Below the pieces are notes generated by a model. That model was not told where the DNA came from and searched no databases. It saw only the letters and a list, made by a program, of their open reading frames with translations. 64,000 nucleotides of DNA from Craspedostauros australis (Eukaryota). Position 1 is the stretch's first letter, and every line of letters starts with the position of its first letter. Made by a program: the position numbers and the translations under genes. Below, in pieces: positions 1 to 9,200 of this stretch. Where the stretch lies: the NCBI GenBank assembly GCA_030167865.1, contig JALAGF010005657.1, positions 1 through 64,000 on the forward strand, in the 5' to 3' direction.

Positions 1-907
1 TGAAGAGTTGGATGCATCGGTATTGTCGGATGGATGGGACCGTGGAGAAAAATGGATCTGTGTCCACCCTTCCCTTGATTCGGTGTGGCTGCAGCGCACC
101 TGCTCGCTGTGCTCGATACTGCCTCGGGATGAGTCTTGACTCGGCCTCGATGGGTGTGTCGGCCAGCTGGGTGGATGCTTCCTTGGTCTTCGCCACCACT
201 TGTGGTGGGAGATGCTGGAATACTTTGTCGAAGTCGACATGTGTGTGCGATCGCCTGAGGCGTCGGTGCCTGTCGCAAATCGTGATGTGCGCGGCTTGGG
301 TGAGCTCGTGAGCTGTTGGTCTGCGGATTGGGATGCGTAGGGTATTGCCGTCATGGTTCGCCAGTGGGATGCTGATGTCGCCAGACGATATCCGTTGCTG
401 CCCATCGTGTTGTCGAAGTCTGTCGTAGACGCGAACTCCGGAAGCCCGCATGTGGTGCGTGTTGAATAGCGACTCCATCTGCCGTGGATGCTTGTCGAGA
501 GCCACGAAAAATGCCTTGATGAGAATCACTCCGTCGTGCGGTGAATCGTATGCCGCCACTGCGTCAACCATTGCGAACGCCTCGACCGGTGAATCCACGG
601 TCGCGCCGCGAGCGTGGAACTTCTGCGGATGCTGTCGGGTCACTTCCCATCCAGACTCGTGTACAATGTCGCCGTCCGCCCCTGAGTCTAGAATGATATA
701 GCCGTGGCTACTATTCGTTACTCTTGCCCGTCGAATCGTGTGCTCTGTATTTGGGTGGGTTGTGCGGTGACGCGACACCTGTAGCGTATCCGGGGCCCTG
801 GCCGCCGGCTTACTCTCCGCAGTATCACTCTCCAGTCCGGTGGTCTCCCGATCCTTGATACGAATGCTGACTTCCGATTGACGGCGTGTGACGGCCGCCG
901 GTGGTTG
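1..907 (-). CDS. pol: pol polyprotein (protease and integrase N-terminal part, truncated by the window edge), in frame with gag after a TGA
   Basis: Manual translation of the gag frame past the TGA at 910-908 stays open to position 1. LDSGAD protease motif at ~691-674; TDPFFS integrase core start near 60-45. This frame is missing from the ORF track because it runs off the window. Confidence 0.9.
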
Positions 908-2287
908 TCAGGTACTGTTGTCGCACGGTCCGTACTTCTTGACACGATCGGTCTTGTTGCCGAATCTCGCGCGCTTGGTAGGCTTGCGCTGAGCTTGTTG
1001 CTCTTGGGTTTTGGCGAACTCAGCAGGCTTGGCGCGTTTGAGCGCAGCCTCGCCCATGAGCTCTCCGGTGCTGCGGAAGTGGCGTGAAGACTCCACCACG
1101 AGCACTTGTGCTGCGGATGGAAGACTTCGGAACACCACGTCCGGCAGACGGTAATGGGAGGACTTCTTGCGGTCACCTGATGCCTTGTCGAACGATCGCT
1201 TGCGGTCGGGACGACTGTCCTTCTGGTGCATGCGACGGCTGCGTCCTGGAGACTTGTCGAGGTCGGCGTTGGCGAGGATCTTGTCATGGCGCATGAGCGT
1301 CTCGCGGACCCAGGAGAAGGACTCCTTCGTCTGCTGTAGGCTCGTGATCACGCTGGCAAATCGCTCGTCGCGGATGTTGCGGAAGAATCTTGCGATCTTC
1401 TCTTGGTCGTTCATTGGCTTGCCGTTGTCCTCGATCGCGTGGAGGGACATCGAGAAGTCGTTGACGAAAGTCCCAAATGCGCCGTTGCCGTCGTAGATGA
1501 GTTTGGAGAGTCTTGCCTCCTCCTCTGCCACGATGCCGGCCTGGTTCTCAGCAGACTCGTAAATGCGAACGAGAGATCGGAAAGCGGCGTAACCGCTGGG
1601 TTCTTCTGCTGTGACGATGTACTGCGCGTCGCCCTTGCAGGTTTTGGACCTGAGGACTGCGTAGAACTGAGCGTCCACTGATGCGCGGTAGTGCGCTGGT
1701 TTCTCATCCAGCATGTAGTCCGCGAACTTGGATGTGACCAGCTGTCGCATGAAGTCCGTCTTCCATTGGTACCACTCGATGTTGAGACCGCTGAACGTCT
1801 CAGCTTCCGGCATGGTGATCTTATCGTATTTCCATCCGGTGGGGGTCGATGGCGATCGACCGAGCTCCTGGTTGCGTCGTGGCGAGTGCACCACGACCTC
1901 ACGGCTTGCAGCCTCAGTGAGCTCGCGGCTTGCTGCCTTCATGTCTGCCTCCAACTGGAGCTGGATGGCTTTGAGAGCGACAGGAGTCTCGATGATAGGC
2001 ACTGTGTACCCAGAGGACTTGATGTACTCATCGATGGCGTCCCAATCGGTCGCTTGGTCGATTTGTCGCTCTTTTGCAAAAGCGAAGATGCGAAGGATGT
2101 TTTCGATGTTGATCGCGGTGAGGGTTGTTGAGAGAGACAAAGCCTGAATGATGTTCTGCTCCGGACTCTGGATGGCGCGTTCAATCCTGCCAAGCTTCTT
2201 GCGGATGAACTCCATGTCAGCGTCTTCGAGCTCAACGAGCTCCTTGATGACGGTCGTCCAGGTACGGTTGTTGATTGGTCTCGCCAT
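908..2287 (-). CDS. gag: gag protein of the copia element (~459 aa)
   Basis: ATG at 2287 in an ACCACCATGG context. Copia gag-like motifs FSGLNIEWYQWKTDF, SGYAAFRSLVRIYE and GKPMNDQEKIARFFRNI; basic C-terminus; no CCHC knuckle visible. Confidence 0.85.
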   Translation of the reverse strand: MARPINNRTWTTVIKELVELEDADMEFIRKKLGRIERAIQSPEQNIIQALSLSTTLTAINIENILRIFAFAKERQIDQATDWDAIDEYIKSSGYTVPIIETPVALKAIQLQLEADMKAASRELTEAASREVVVHSPRRNQELGRSPSTPTGWKYDKITMPEAETFSGLNIEWYQWKTDFMRQLVTSKFADYMLDEKPAHYRASVDAQFYAVLRSKTCKGDAQYIVTAEEPSGYAAFRSLVRIYESAENQAGIVAEEEARLSKLIYDGNGAFGTFVNDFSMSLHAIEDNGKPMNDQEKIARFFRNIRDERFASVITSLQQTKESFSWVRETLMRHDKILANADLDKSPGRSRRMHQKDSRPDRKRSFDKASGDRKKSSHYRLPDVVFRSLPSAAQVLVVESSRHFRSTGELMGEAALKRAKPAEFAKTQEQQAQRKPTKRARFGNKTDRVKKYGPCDNST

Positions 2288-2326
2288 GGTGGTTGGTGTT
2301 GTAACGTGATAAGCTTGGTGGTAGAT

Positions 2327-2340
2327 CACGACTCTTAATC
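2327..2340 (-). promoter_or_regulatory. Primer-binding site complementary to the anticodon stem-loop (about nt 27-40) of tRNA-Lys(CUU)
   Basis: Plus strand reads CACGACTCTTAATC = stem CACGA, CT, anticodon CTT, AA, TC. It directly abuts the LTR end (TGTCA at 2341). A D-loop-like GGTAGA lies at 2320-2325. Confidence 0.75.
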
Positions 2341-2505
2341 TGTCAAAGTGCACAAGTAACTACTGTAGACGTATTGGCCCGTTGTTGCGTGCCCTGGTCG
2401 GAGCTCTTGTTCTTTATTTGTGAGTTGTCCGAGGACAAACCCCCGACCAGTATTTGTGACTAATATGATTAGTAGAGAGGTAAGAAGGTACAGAGAAAGT
2501 TGTCA
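2341..2505 (-). repeat. Putative 5' LTR (~165 bp, TG...CA)
   Basis: Inner end is fixed by the adjacent PBS. Outer end TGACAAC coincides with the stop of the upstream ORF. The segment is AT-richer and has AATAAA on the minus strand (~2413-2418). The second LTR is not in the window, so the outer boundary is inferred. Confidence 0.6.
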
Positions 2506-2862
2506 GTATTCATCAAGCTTGCTGCGTGGTATTCTTGGCACGCAACGCACGGTGTTGTGCGATTCGTTGATGTTGATGCGGCTTGCCGTGCTGTGCGTAC
2601 TGATGGTGCTGATGGCACTGCGCACGGAGGCGGTGCCGTCGAAGTCGCTCTGTGGATTGCAGGGAATGCGTTTCCAGCCAAACTCCGGTACGCCATCGCG
2701 GTCCTTGTTGAAGGAGGACGTGCGCAGGACGCCTCGCGTTGGCTCCTTTCGCTTGCTTTGACTGGAGGCTTTCATGCTACCATCGGTGATGGTGATGACT
2801 TTGCTTGAGAACATCATGTTGCTATCGTTGTTGCTATCGTTGTTGGACTTTGCTTTGGTCAC
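2503..2862 (-). pseudogene. Possible host gene 5' portion truncated by the retrotransposon insertion
   Basis: 119-codon ORF with protein-like composition (…RGVLRTSSFNK…PRIPRSKLDEY*). Its stop codon is the first three bases (TGA) of the putative LTR. Confidence 0.4.
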
Positions 2863-5800
2863 AAGTTGATTTTATGGGAGAGTGGAGATGAATTGTGTGT
2901 GAAGAACAAGACACCACACCGGTTGTCAACGAGCACAAACTCGCTCACACGATTGTGCCTTGTGCCCTCTTTCCAGTGTTGTTGCGCAAAAGCGCTTGCA
3001 GCAGAAGAAAGGCACCAACGCGAGGTCGTTTTGGAGCCACAACACGCAACTTCGTGTTGTGCATGTGTGTCTCGACTTTGGTTATTAGCCCGATTCGGGT
3101 AGTTGTACCTGCCCATGCGCGTACCTGTTCGTAGTTGTGTTCGTGGGTGAGATTTGGTGCCGTCGAATTTGGTCGAGGTTGAGAATTTGTGACGCCGAGA
3201 AAGTCTCTATGTGGTGTGCGTTGATATTACGTTGTTAATTAACTGAATGACTTCCGAGAATCAAGTTCATAGCGGCTTGCAGTCTTGGAAGAACGGCGTG
3301 GACGATTCCGCGCCTCACAAAGTACTCCAGGTCGTCGCAAGAGGAACGCAAACAGCATCATGAACTCTTCTTCGGGTCTGCCACAAATGCGTTTTTGTTC
3401 CTTTGCGTGGTTGTGCGTGTCTTTGTGCTCGATATGTATTGCAGTACCCATGGCGCATTGATAAAACCGACGATTTCTCTTTGGCAGCAAAGGAGGTTTC
3501 AGCAACCTTTCACGTCGTGTTGTTCGTGGGAGAGATCTTCGTTCCAAGAATTCTCTCGGCTGCTGTGCGTTGGATTCCGATCCTCTCTTATTGGTCGTCG
3601 CGTGAACACAACGAGGGAGGGAGGGAGGGAGAGAGAGGGTGATGGAAGAGAGGACGATGGAGAAGAGGGCGAAAACAAGAGATGATGATGATGGAGGCGT
3701 TGTCACAAAGAAGAAACCTGGAGGACGACGATGGAAGCAAGGAAGGAGGAGATGACGTATCACATCACACCACATTGCTGGATGTGATGGGGGCAAATAA
3801 CCCTCTATACCGCATCATTGCGTCACGAGCTACGAGTACGATTACAGACCATAAAAAAGAAGATGGTGTTGAAATTGCGGCGTTGTTCATGAGGAGGTGA
3901 AAAAAGCATCAGCGTTTACGATCCCGTTCCCAAGACCGCAGAGGCGATGCCTCATGTGCACAACACATGAAACGCTCTCACAAAATTGGCAATCTTCGAG
4001 TCCATCGTCATGTGGCGTCCTCATCTGCAACCTCAACACACGTCGATGGGGGGCGCTGCACGCTTTCTTCTTCCCCCCTTGAATTGAAGAGGCAGAAGAG
4101 GGCGATTTGGATCGGATAGTTGGTCTCTGGTCGTGAATGTCCTGTTGTTGTTGGCGTTGCCGGTAACCACGATGGAACAATAATCGGTGGAGACCTTCCA
4201 TGCTGGCGTTTGTGACTGGTGCCGCGATGGCGAAAGGAAGATGGGCGTTAGGAATGCATGCATGAATTCATTCGATGACTGGTGTTGCTGTTGTTGCAGT
4301 TGGTGTCAAGGAGGGCGTATTGGTGATGTGCATACACTTGTTGAAGTATTCTTCGTACGTTTCGCGTGCTCGTTGTGACGCCTCGCGTAATGCTGCTCTA
4401 CGCCCTTCTTCTTGTCTGACCGCGAACACTCGCATGCCGCCTTTGTTGCCCAATCGACGATCAGCCACGCAATGGATCTTGCGCTCTGGTGCCATGGTGA
4501 GGATGTCGATTATTCCATTGATGCGGTTCTTCCTGATGGTCATCATGCAGAGTGATGAAAGTGGACACGATGAAACAAGTTTAGATGTTGCAGCAGCGCT
4601 TCTCGCGAAGCGGTGAAAGAAGAAGGAGGAACCAGCAAGCAAGGGGGAGAGAGAGAGAGAGAGAGATCTCCGTTGGCAAACACCCACGATTTGGATAACT
4701 GTGAGAATTCCACGATGAGCTGCATCATGTTCGCCTTGGAGTCTTTTTCCAGGCGAATGTGAAGGATTGGTTGAACGTGGAAACTGTCGCAAAACACGTC
4801 CGCGAAAAAACTCACACTCTAGACACAATGACCATAGACTTCATCACAAACGGACGTAGGAATTGTAGATGTGGGGAGACTTCTTTAGCTTCAACAAAGC
4901 CCAATTGTTCCCACGAATCGCTGGACTAGATGGAGTGCTCGGTGGTCGTGGTCTTCGTGAACTTGTCCAGTATGCGAACGTGGTCATTTCATCAATATCG
5001 CGGGGCTTAGGTGAACTGCCTCCAACAATTAGGCTCCGTCGTGGATGTGACACGATCTGTGCGCAACGTTCGGTGACTCCGGAATAAATTTGGCGAGAAA
5101 GTGTTGCGCGAAAGGGACGAATCAGTGTTTGTGCCTCTATGTGCGAGTATCACTGTGTGCGTGTGCCTTTGTGGTCGTTTATGTCTGCGCAATGGTTGTG
5201 TGTTTGTGACCTTTGGGTTTTCTTCGACGGAGTTAGGCGTGGATCGCTCGTTGATGACGAAGGAGCGTGTTGTGTTGTGATTTATGGTCGAGAACAGCGA
5301 TGGCGCGCAAGAAGGGAGAGGAAGGGTGAAAAGGTGGAATTACTGGTGGGCGTTCCACGAGTGGTTGCGGACTGTGAGAAAGGCTGTGTGCACGTTGAAG
5401 CCTGAAAAGGGAGGGTTGTTGGGTGTGTGTTGCGTGTGTTGCAAGGCACGATGGTGCGAGTGCGCGAGCGCGCAGTAGTGGGAAATGTAGCACGGTGGCA
5501 GCGTTAACAAATGGAACAGCGGCAGAAAGGGAGAAAGCCAGAAAGGAGCAGCAACAACGAAGGTTGGCGGCAAAAGAGGACCTCCGCTCCATGGGAACAA
5601 CATCCCTCTCCACCACACACGAACGACACGAACGACAGGAGTGGTGGGAGCAACAGCAACAACAACAAGAGCAACACAAAGAGGCATCAAGTGTATCAAC
5701 TGTATCAGTCGCATCAGTGGCAACAGCAGCGCCAAGTGCGGAGGATCTCATCCAATCCCCACCAACGATCACCAACAATCACCTCCGACACAAGCAGAAG

Positions 5801-6328
5801 CAGCAGGAGCAACAGCAGCAGGAGCAGCAGGAGCAACAACAGTGACAACTCTGACAACAACACAACGAAAAGAGATCGCAGTCGATTACTTGCAGATTAG
5901 AGCAGAGCAAAGTATCAGCAACAAGACTGTCCTCAACGTTATCCATCCATCTACTTATCCATCAATCACATCAACAACAACAACAACAACAACAGCAAGA
6001 AAGAAGAGAAGCAGCATCGAACGGCGGTTCCTTGGAAGGTGTTGGAAGGTGTTGGGATTGATCTTCTTGTTTGCTCTGCCACCCATCCATTCATACATCC
6101 ATTCATTGGTTGATTGACTGACTGACTGATTGACTGCAAGTAGTTGATTGTTGATCGCTGTTTGCCCAAACAACAATCCAAGATCAGCAGAGTCTCAGAG
6201 CATCAGTGGATCGACGCCACGAGTGGCAACAGTGCATGGCAGAGCACTGCCAGTTCAGTTGTAACTGATAGAGTCAGACAGAGTCCAACACACAGAGTCC
6301 AACACACAGACCCAAACAACACGGAACC

Positions 6329-8902
6329 ATGAAGCTCCGCAACGTCTTCAGGTCCAAGTCCTCCGCCAACGCGGACCCAGACTCGACGTCGCGCCGCTCC
6401 GCCAGAACAGCAGGAGCCCCGCCCTCCGTGCGGCACACCCGGACCGTCATCGACCCCTCCGCCAGCGTGAAGCCACCCACGCTGAAGCGGCGCGAACGCC
6501 GGCCCGACCCTCTGGACGGCAGGACCAGCAGCCACAACCGCCGCGCCAAGCAGGATGTCATCGACAGGAAGAAGCCGGCCACCAAACGCGCCGTCAAGGC
6601 CAGGCCGGTCGTCAAGAAGAAGCTGGGGGCGTCCTCCAACTCCTCCTCCGTGCCCTCCTCCAACCTCACGCCGAGGAAGGCGGCGCGCGCCAAGGCCCCC
6701 AAGGGCGAGATGAGCGAGCTGGATCGCATCCTCAACGGCGACGCACCCATGTCCGCGCAGACGCCGAAGCGGAAGAAGAAGTCCCTGGACGACGTCCTGG
6801 CCAGGGGCCGCATGAAGTCGCAGTCGGGGGCCTCCACGGTCGGCGGAGGTCGCTCCGTGGCCTCGCGCAAATCCCTCAAATCAAGATCGGCCTCCAAGGG
6901 ACCCAACCGCAAGGCCAAGCCCTCTTCCAACCCGCAGGGCGGCAGCGACGAGAACACGTCGGCCAATTCGGACACCATCAACAGCAACGGCGGCAAGCAG
7001 TCAATACGTTCCAGCCGCAGCACACGAACGGCGCCGCCCGTCATGGACGCGCCCTCACCCAGGTCGCGTCGCAGATCCAAGTCGAGGGCGAGGCTAAGGG
7101 AACTGGAAGATCACATCGGCGCGGACGACATCGACGCGGACGACCGCACTTCACGAACAGCCACGCAGAGGCATCAACGCGCATCCTCGCCCGCCAAGGG
7201 GGACCAGTCGCCCTATCACACGCCGCGCACCACCAAGGCCAAGCTGGTGGCCTCCAAGGCATCCAAGGTGCCCTACGACGATCCATCCCTCATGCTGTCG
7301 CCCGCGGAGAAGCGCCTCAAGGATCAGATCGATCGCGTTAAGAAAGATGTAGATCTGCGCAAGTCACCCAAGCACATCACCAGCAACAGCGCCAACCATA
7401 TCAACAATAACAGCAACAACATCAACCACAGATCACCCAAACCATCCACAGACGAAACCACCAGCAACAACGACGATGACGACATATTCGCCAGCCCCAA
7501 GGCCATGCCAGTCGTCTCGCAGCAGGTGGACGAAGACGAGGGTGCCGACAAGGAGTCCTACTTCCGCCAGCGCATCCAGCACTACCAGTCGGAGTTCTTC
7601 AGCATGCAGGTGCAGCTCACGGAGGCGCAGGCGCAGGTCACCAAGCTCCTCGATCTCAGGAAGAAGGACAAGGGACGCCTAGAAGACGCTGCCGAAAAGT
7701 TCATTGAACTCAAGACCACCTCCAAGCAGAGCAAGGCGGAGGTCCAGCATCTCAACGACAGAATATACGACCTAGAGGACAGCATCGTGCGCAAGGAGAA
7801 GGAGGCGGAGCGCCTGCGCGAGGAGGTGGAGACCAAGCTAGACAAGATCGACGACCTAGAGCGACAAATTGAGGACAGGGACGATCCCATCCTCAGCAAC
7901 TACTCCACCACGCCCAGCAACGAAGAGCAGATACGTGACCTGCGGGCCTGGGAGGAGGAGCTCAAGGCCAAGGAGGAGCGGCTCAGCGCGGAATCAACCT
8001 TCGACAACCTCAAGCTCAAGCAGATGGAGGAGCGCGAGGCCGATCTCCGCGCGCGAGAGGCAAAGATACAGGCCGACGAGCTCCTCCTGCAGCAGAAGCA
8101 GCGCACGGCCGATGAGAGCGAGTCCAAGTACCACCGCCAGATGAGACGCCGCACCAGCAACGAAGGATCCTTGCCCGGCGACGCCGTCAAGATACAGCAG
8201 CTGCAGAAGGAGATCACGGAGAAGGACTTCCAGCTCGAGAAGGCATCCAAGGCATTCGTCAAGATGGAGAAGAAGCACGGCGACGCGCTGCAGAAGATGC
8301 GCGACGGCATGCAATCGGAATTCGAGTCCAAGGAGAAGGAATTCCAGGCCCTGCAGCGCAAGCTCAAGCACGAACAGCGCTTGGTCGACCAGCTCAAGGC
8401 AGGCGGTGCCACGGTCAGCGGGACCGCCCTCGGCGACGACGGTGTCAACAAGGAAGAGGTCATCGCGGAGCTCAAGCTCGAGCTGGCCAAGATGGAGGAC
8501 GAGCTCAACGCCAACGACCCCGTCGGTTACGCCTCCAAGCTCAAGACGGAGGTCATGCTGCTCAAGGAGCAGAACCGCATCATGAAGACGCAGCTAGAGG
8601 AGGAGCAGGAAGACACGCAGCAGAAGCTCCAGAAGAAGGACGAGACCATCGCCTTCATGCAGAACGAGCTAGTCAAGATCAAAATGAACGGCGGCAAGTC
8701 CATCGCGGGCATATCAGGATTGGGAGCAGCGCTGACAGACAGCGGTGAACCGAATGGATCGATATCATCGTACGGTTCCCCCACGACCGTCATAGAGCAG
8801 AACAATTCAAATTTCGATGGCAACCGATCCTTCACTGGCATGTTCTCCAAGATTGGTCAGAAACGAGAGCAGCGCCGGCAGCAACAACAGCAACAGAGAT
8901 GA
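6329..8902 (+). CDS. Long coiled-coil protein with basic S/K/R-rich disordered N-terminus, unknown function (857 aa)
   Basis: Long ORF with strong GC3 codon bias; E/K/L/Q heptad-rich C-terminal half. Confidence 0.85.
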   Translation: MKLRNVFRSKSSANADPDSTSRRSARTAGAPPSVRHTRTVIDPSASVKPPTLKRRERRPDPLDGRTSSHNRRAKQDVIDRKKPATKRAVKARPVVKKKLGASSNSSSVPSSNLTPRKAARAKAPKGEMSELDRILNGDAPMSAQTPKRKKKSLDDVLARGRMKSQSGASTVGGGRSVASRKSLKSRSASKGPNRKAKPSSNPQGGSDENTSANSDTINSNGGKQSIRSSRSTRTAPPVMDAPSPRSRRRSKSRARLRELEDHIGADDIDADDRTSRTATQRHQRASSPAKGDQSPYHTPRTTKAKLVASKASKVPYDDPSLMLSPAEKRLKDQIDRVKKDVDLRKSPKHITSNSANHINNNSNNINHRSPKPSTDETTSNNDDDDIFASPKAMPVVSQQVDEDEGADKESYFRQRIQHYQSEFFSMQVQLTEAQAQVTKLLDLRKKDKGRLEDAAEKFIELKTTSKQSKAEVQHLNDRIYDLEDSIVRKEKEAERLREEVETKLDKIDDLERQIEDRDDPILSNYSTTPSNEEQIRDLRAWEEELKAKEERLSAESTFDNLKLKQMEEREADLRAREAKIQADELLLQQKQRTADESESKYHRQMRRRTSNEGSLPGDAVKIQQLQKEITEKDFQLEKASKAFVKMEKKHGDALQKMRDGMQSEFESKEKEFQALQRKLKHEQRLVDQLKAGGATVSGTALGDDGVNKEEVIAELKLELAKMEDELNANDPVGYASKLKTEVMLLKEQNRIMKTQLEEEQEDTQQKLQKKDETIAFMQNELVKIKMNGGKSIAGISGLGAALTDSGEPNGSISSYGSPTTVIEQNNSNFDGNRSFTGMFSKIGQKREQRRQQQQQQR

Positions 8903-9200
8903 GTTGGATTAGATTGCACGCTCTCTTTTTCGTCATCATGGAGGTGCTGAAGAAGGAAGCGGGGTTGGCGTTCATGGGTGGATGGCTGCATTTCCATCAC
9001 TGCCGAGGAAGACCATGCAGTGCGCTCCATTATACTAATAGTGTTATTACAATTCCCACTGCGACAAGACAGTACTTGTGTGTTCCATTCTTCCAATAGT
9101 TGCAAAGAAATACTCGCTGGTATAATGTTACATGTTGTTGTTGTCCACCTGTCATTGACTCCATCTGCATTCATCACATCCACACATCAGTCCTCTGCAC

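Larger units (their letters stand above)
1..2505 (-). mobile_element. Ty1/copia LTR retrotransposon of the diatom CoDi type, 5' part (LTR, PBS, gag, protease, start of integrase); continues beyond the window start
   Basis: On the minus strand: gag-like ORF, then aspartic protease (IILDSGADG...ESLFNTHHMRASG...IRRPTAHEL), then integrase N-terminal part (KTKEASTQ...RVDTDPFFSTVPSIRQYRCIQLF). Protease followed directly by integrase is the copia order. A tRNA-complementary PBS abuts a TG...CA segment upstream. Confidence 0.92.

Noticed and set aside
908..910. UGA as selenocysteine
   Set aside because: It lies in a linker rather than a redox motif, no SECIS is visible, and the CARYYA context explains it better.
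718..1287. 189-aa ORF overlapping the gag end, suggesting a frameshift route to pol
   Set aside because: It stops at 718, before the protease motif. Pol is in the gag frame, so no frameshift is needed.
3239..6200. Several short ORFs (e.g. 4268-4828, Q-rich 5423-5845)
   Set aside because: Dominated by microsatellite and low-complexity sequence with no recognisable domains. A small gene cannot be excluded.
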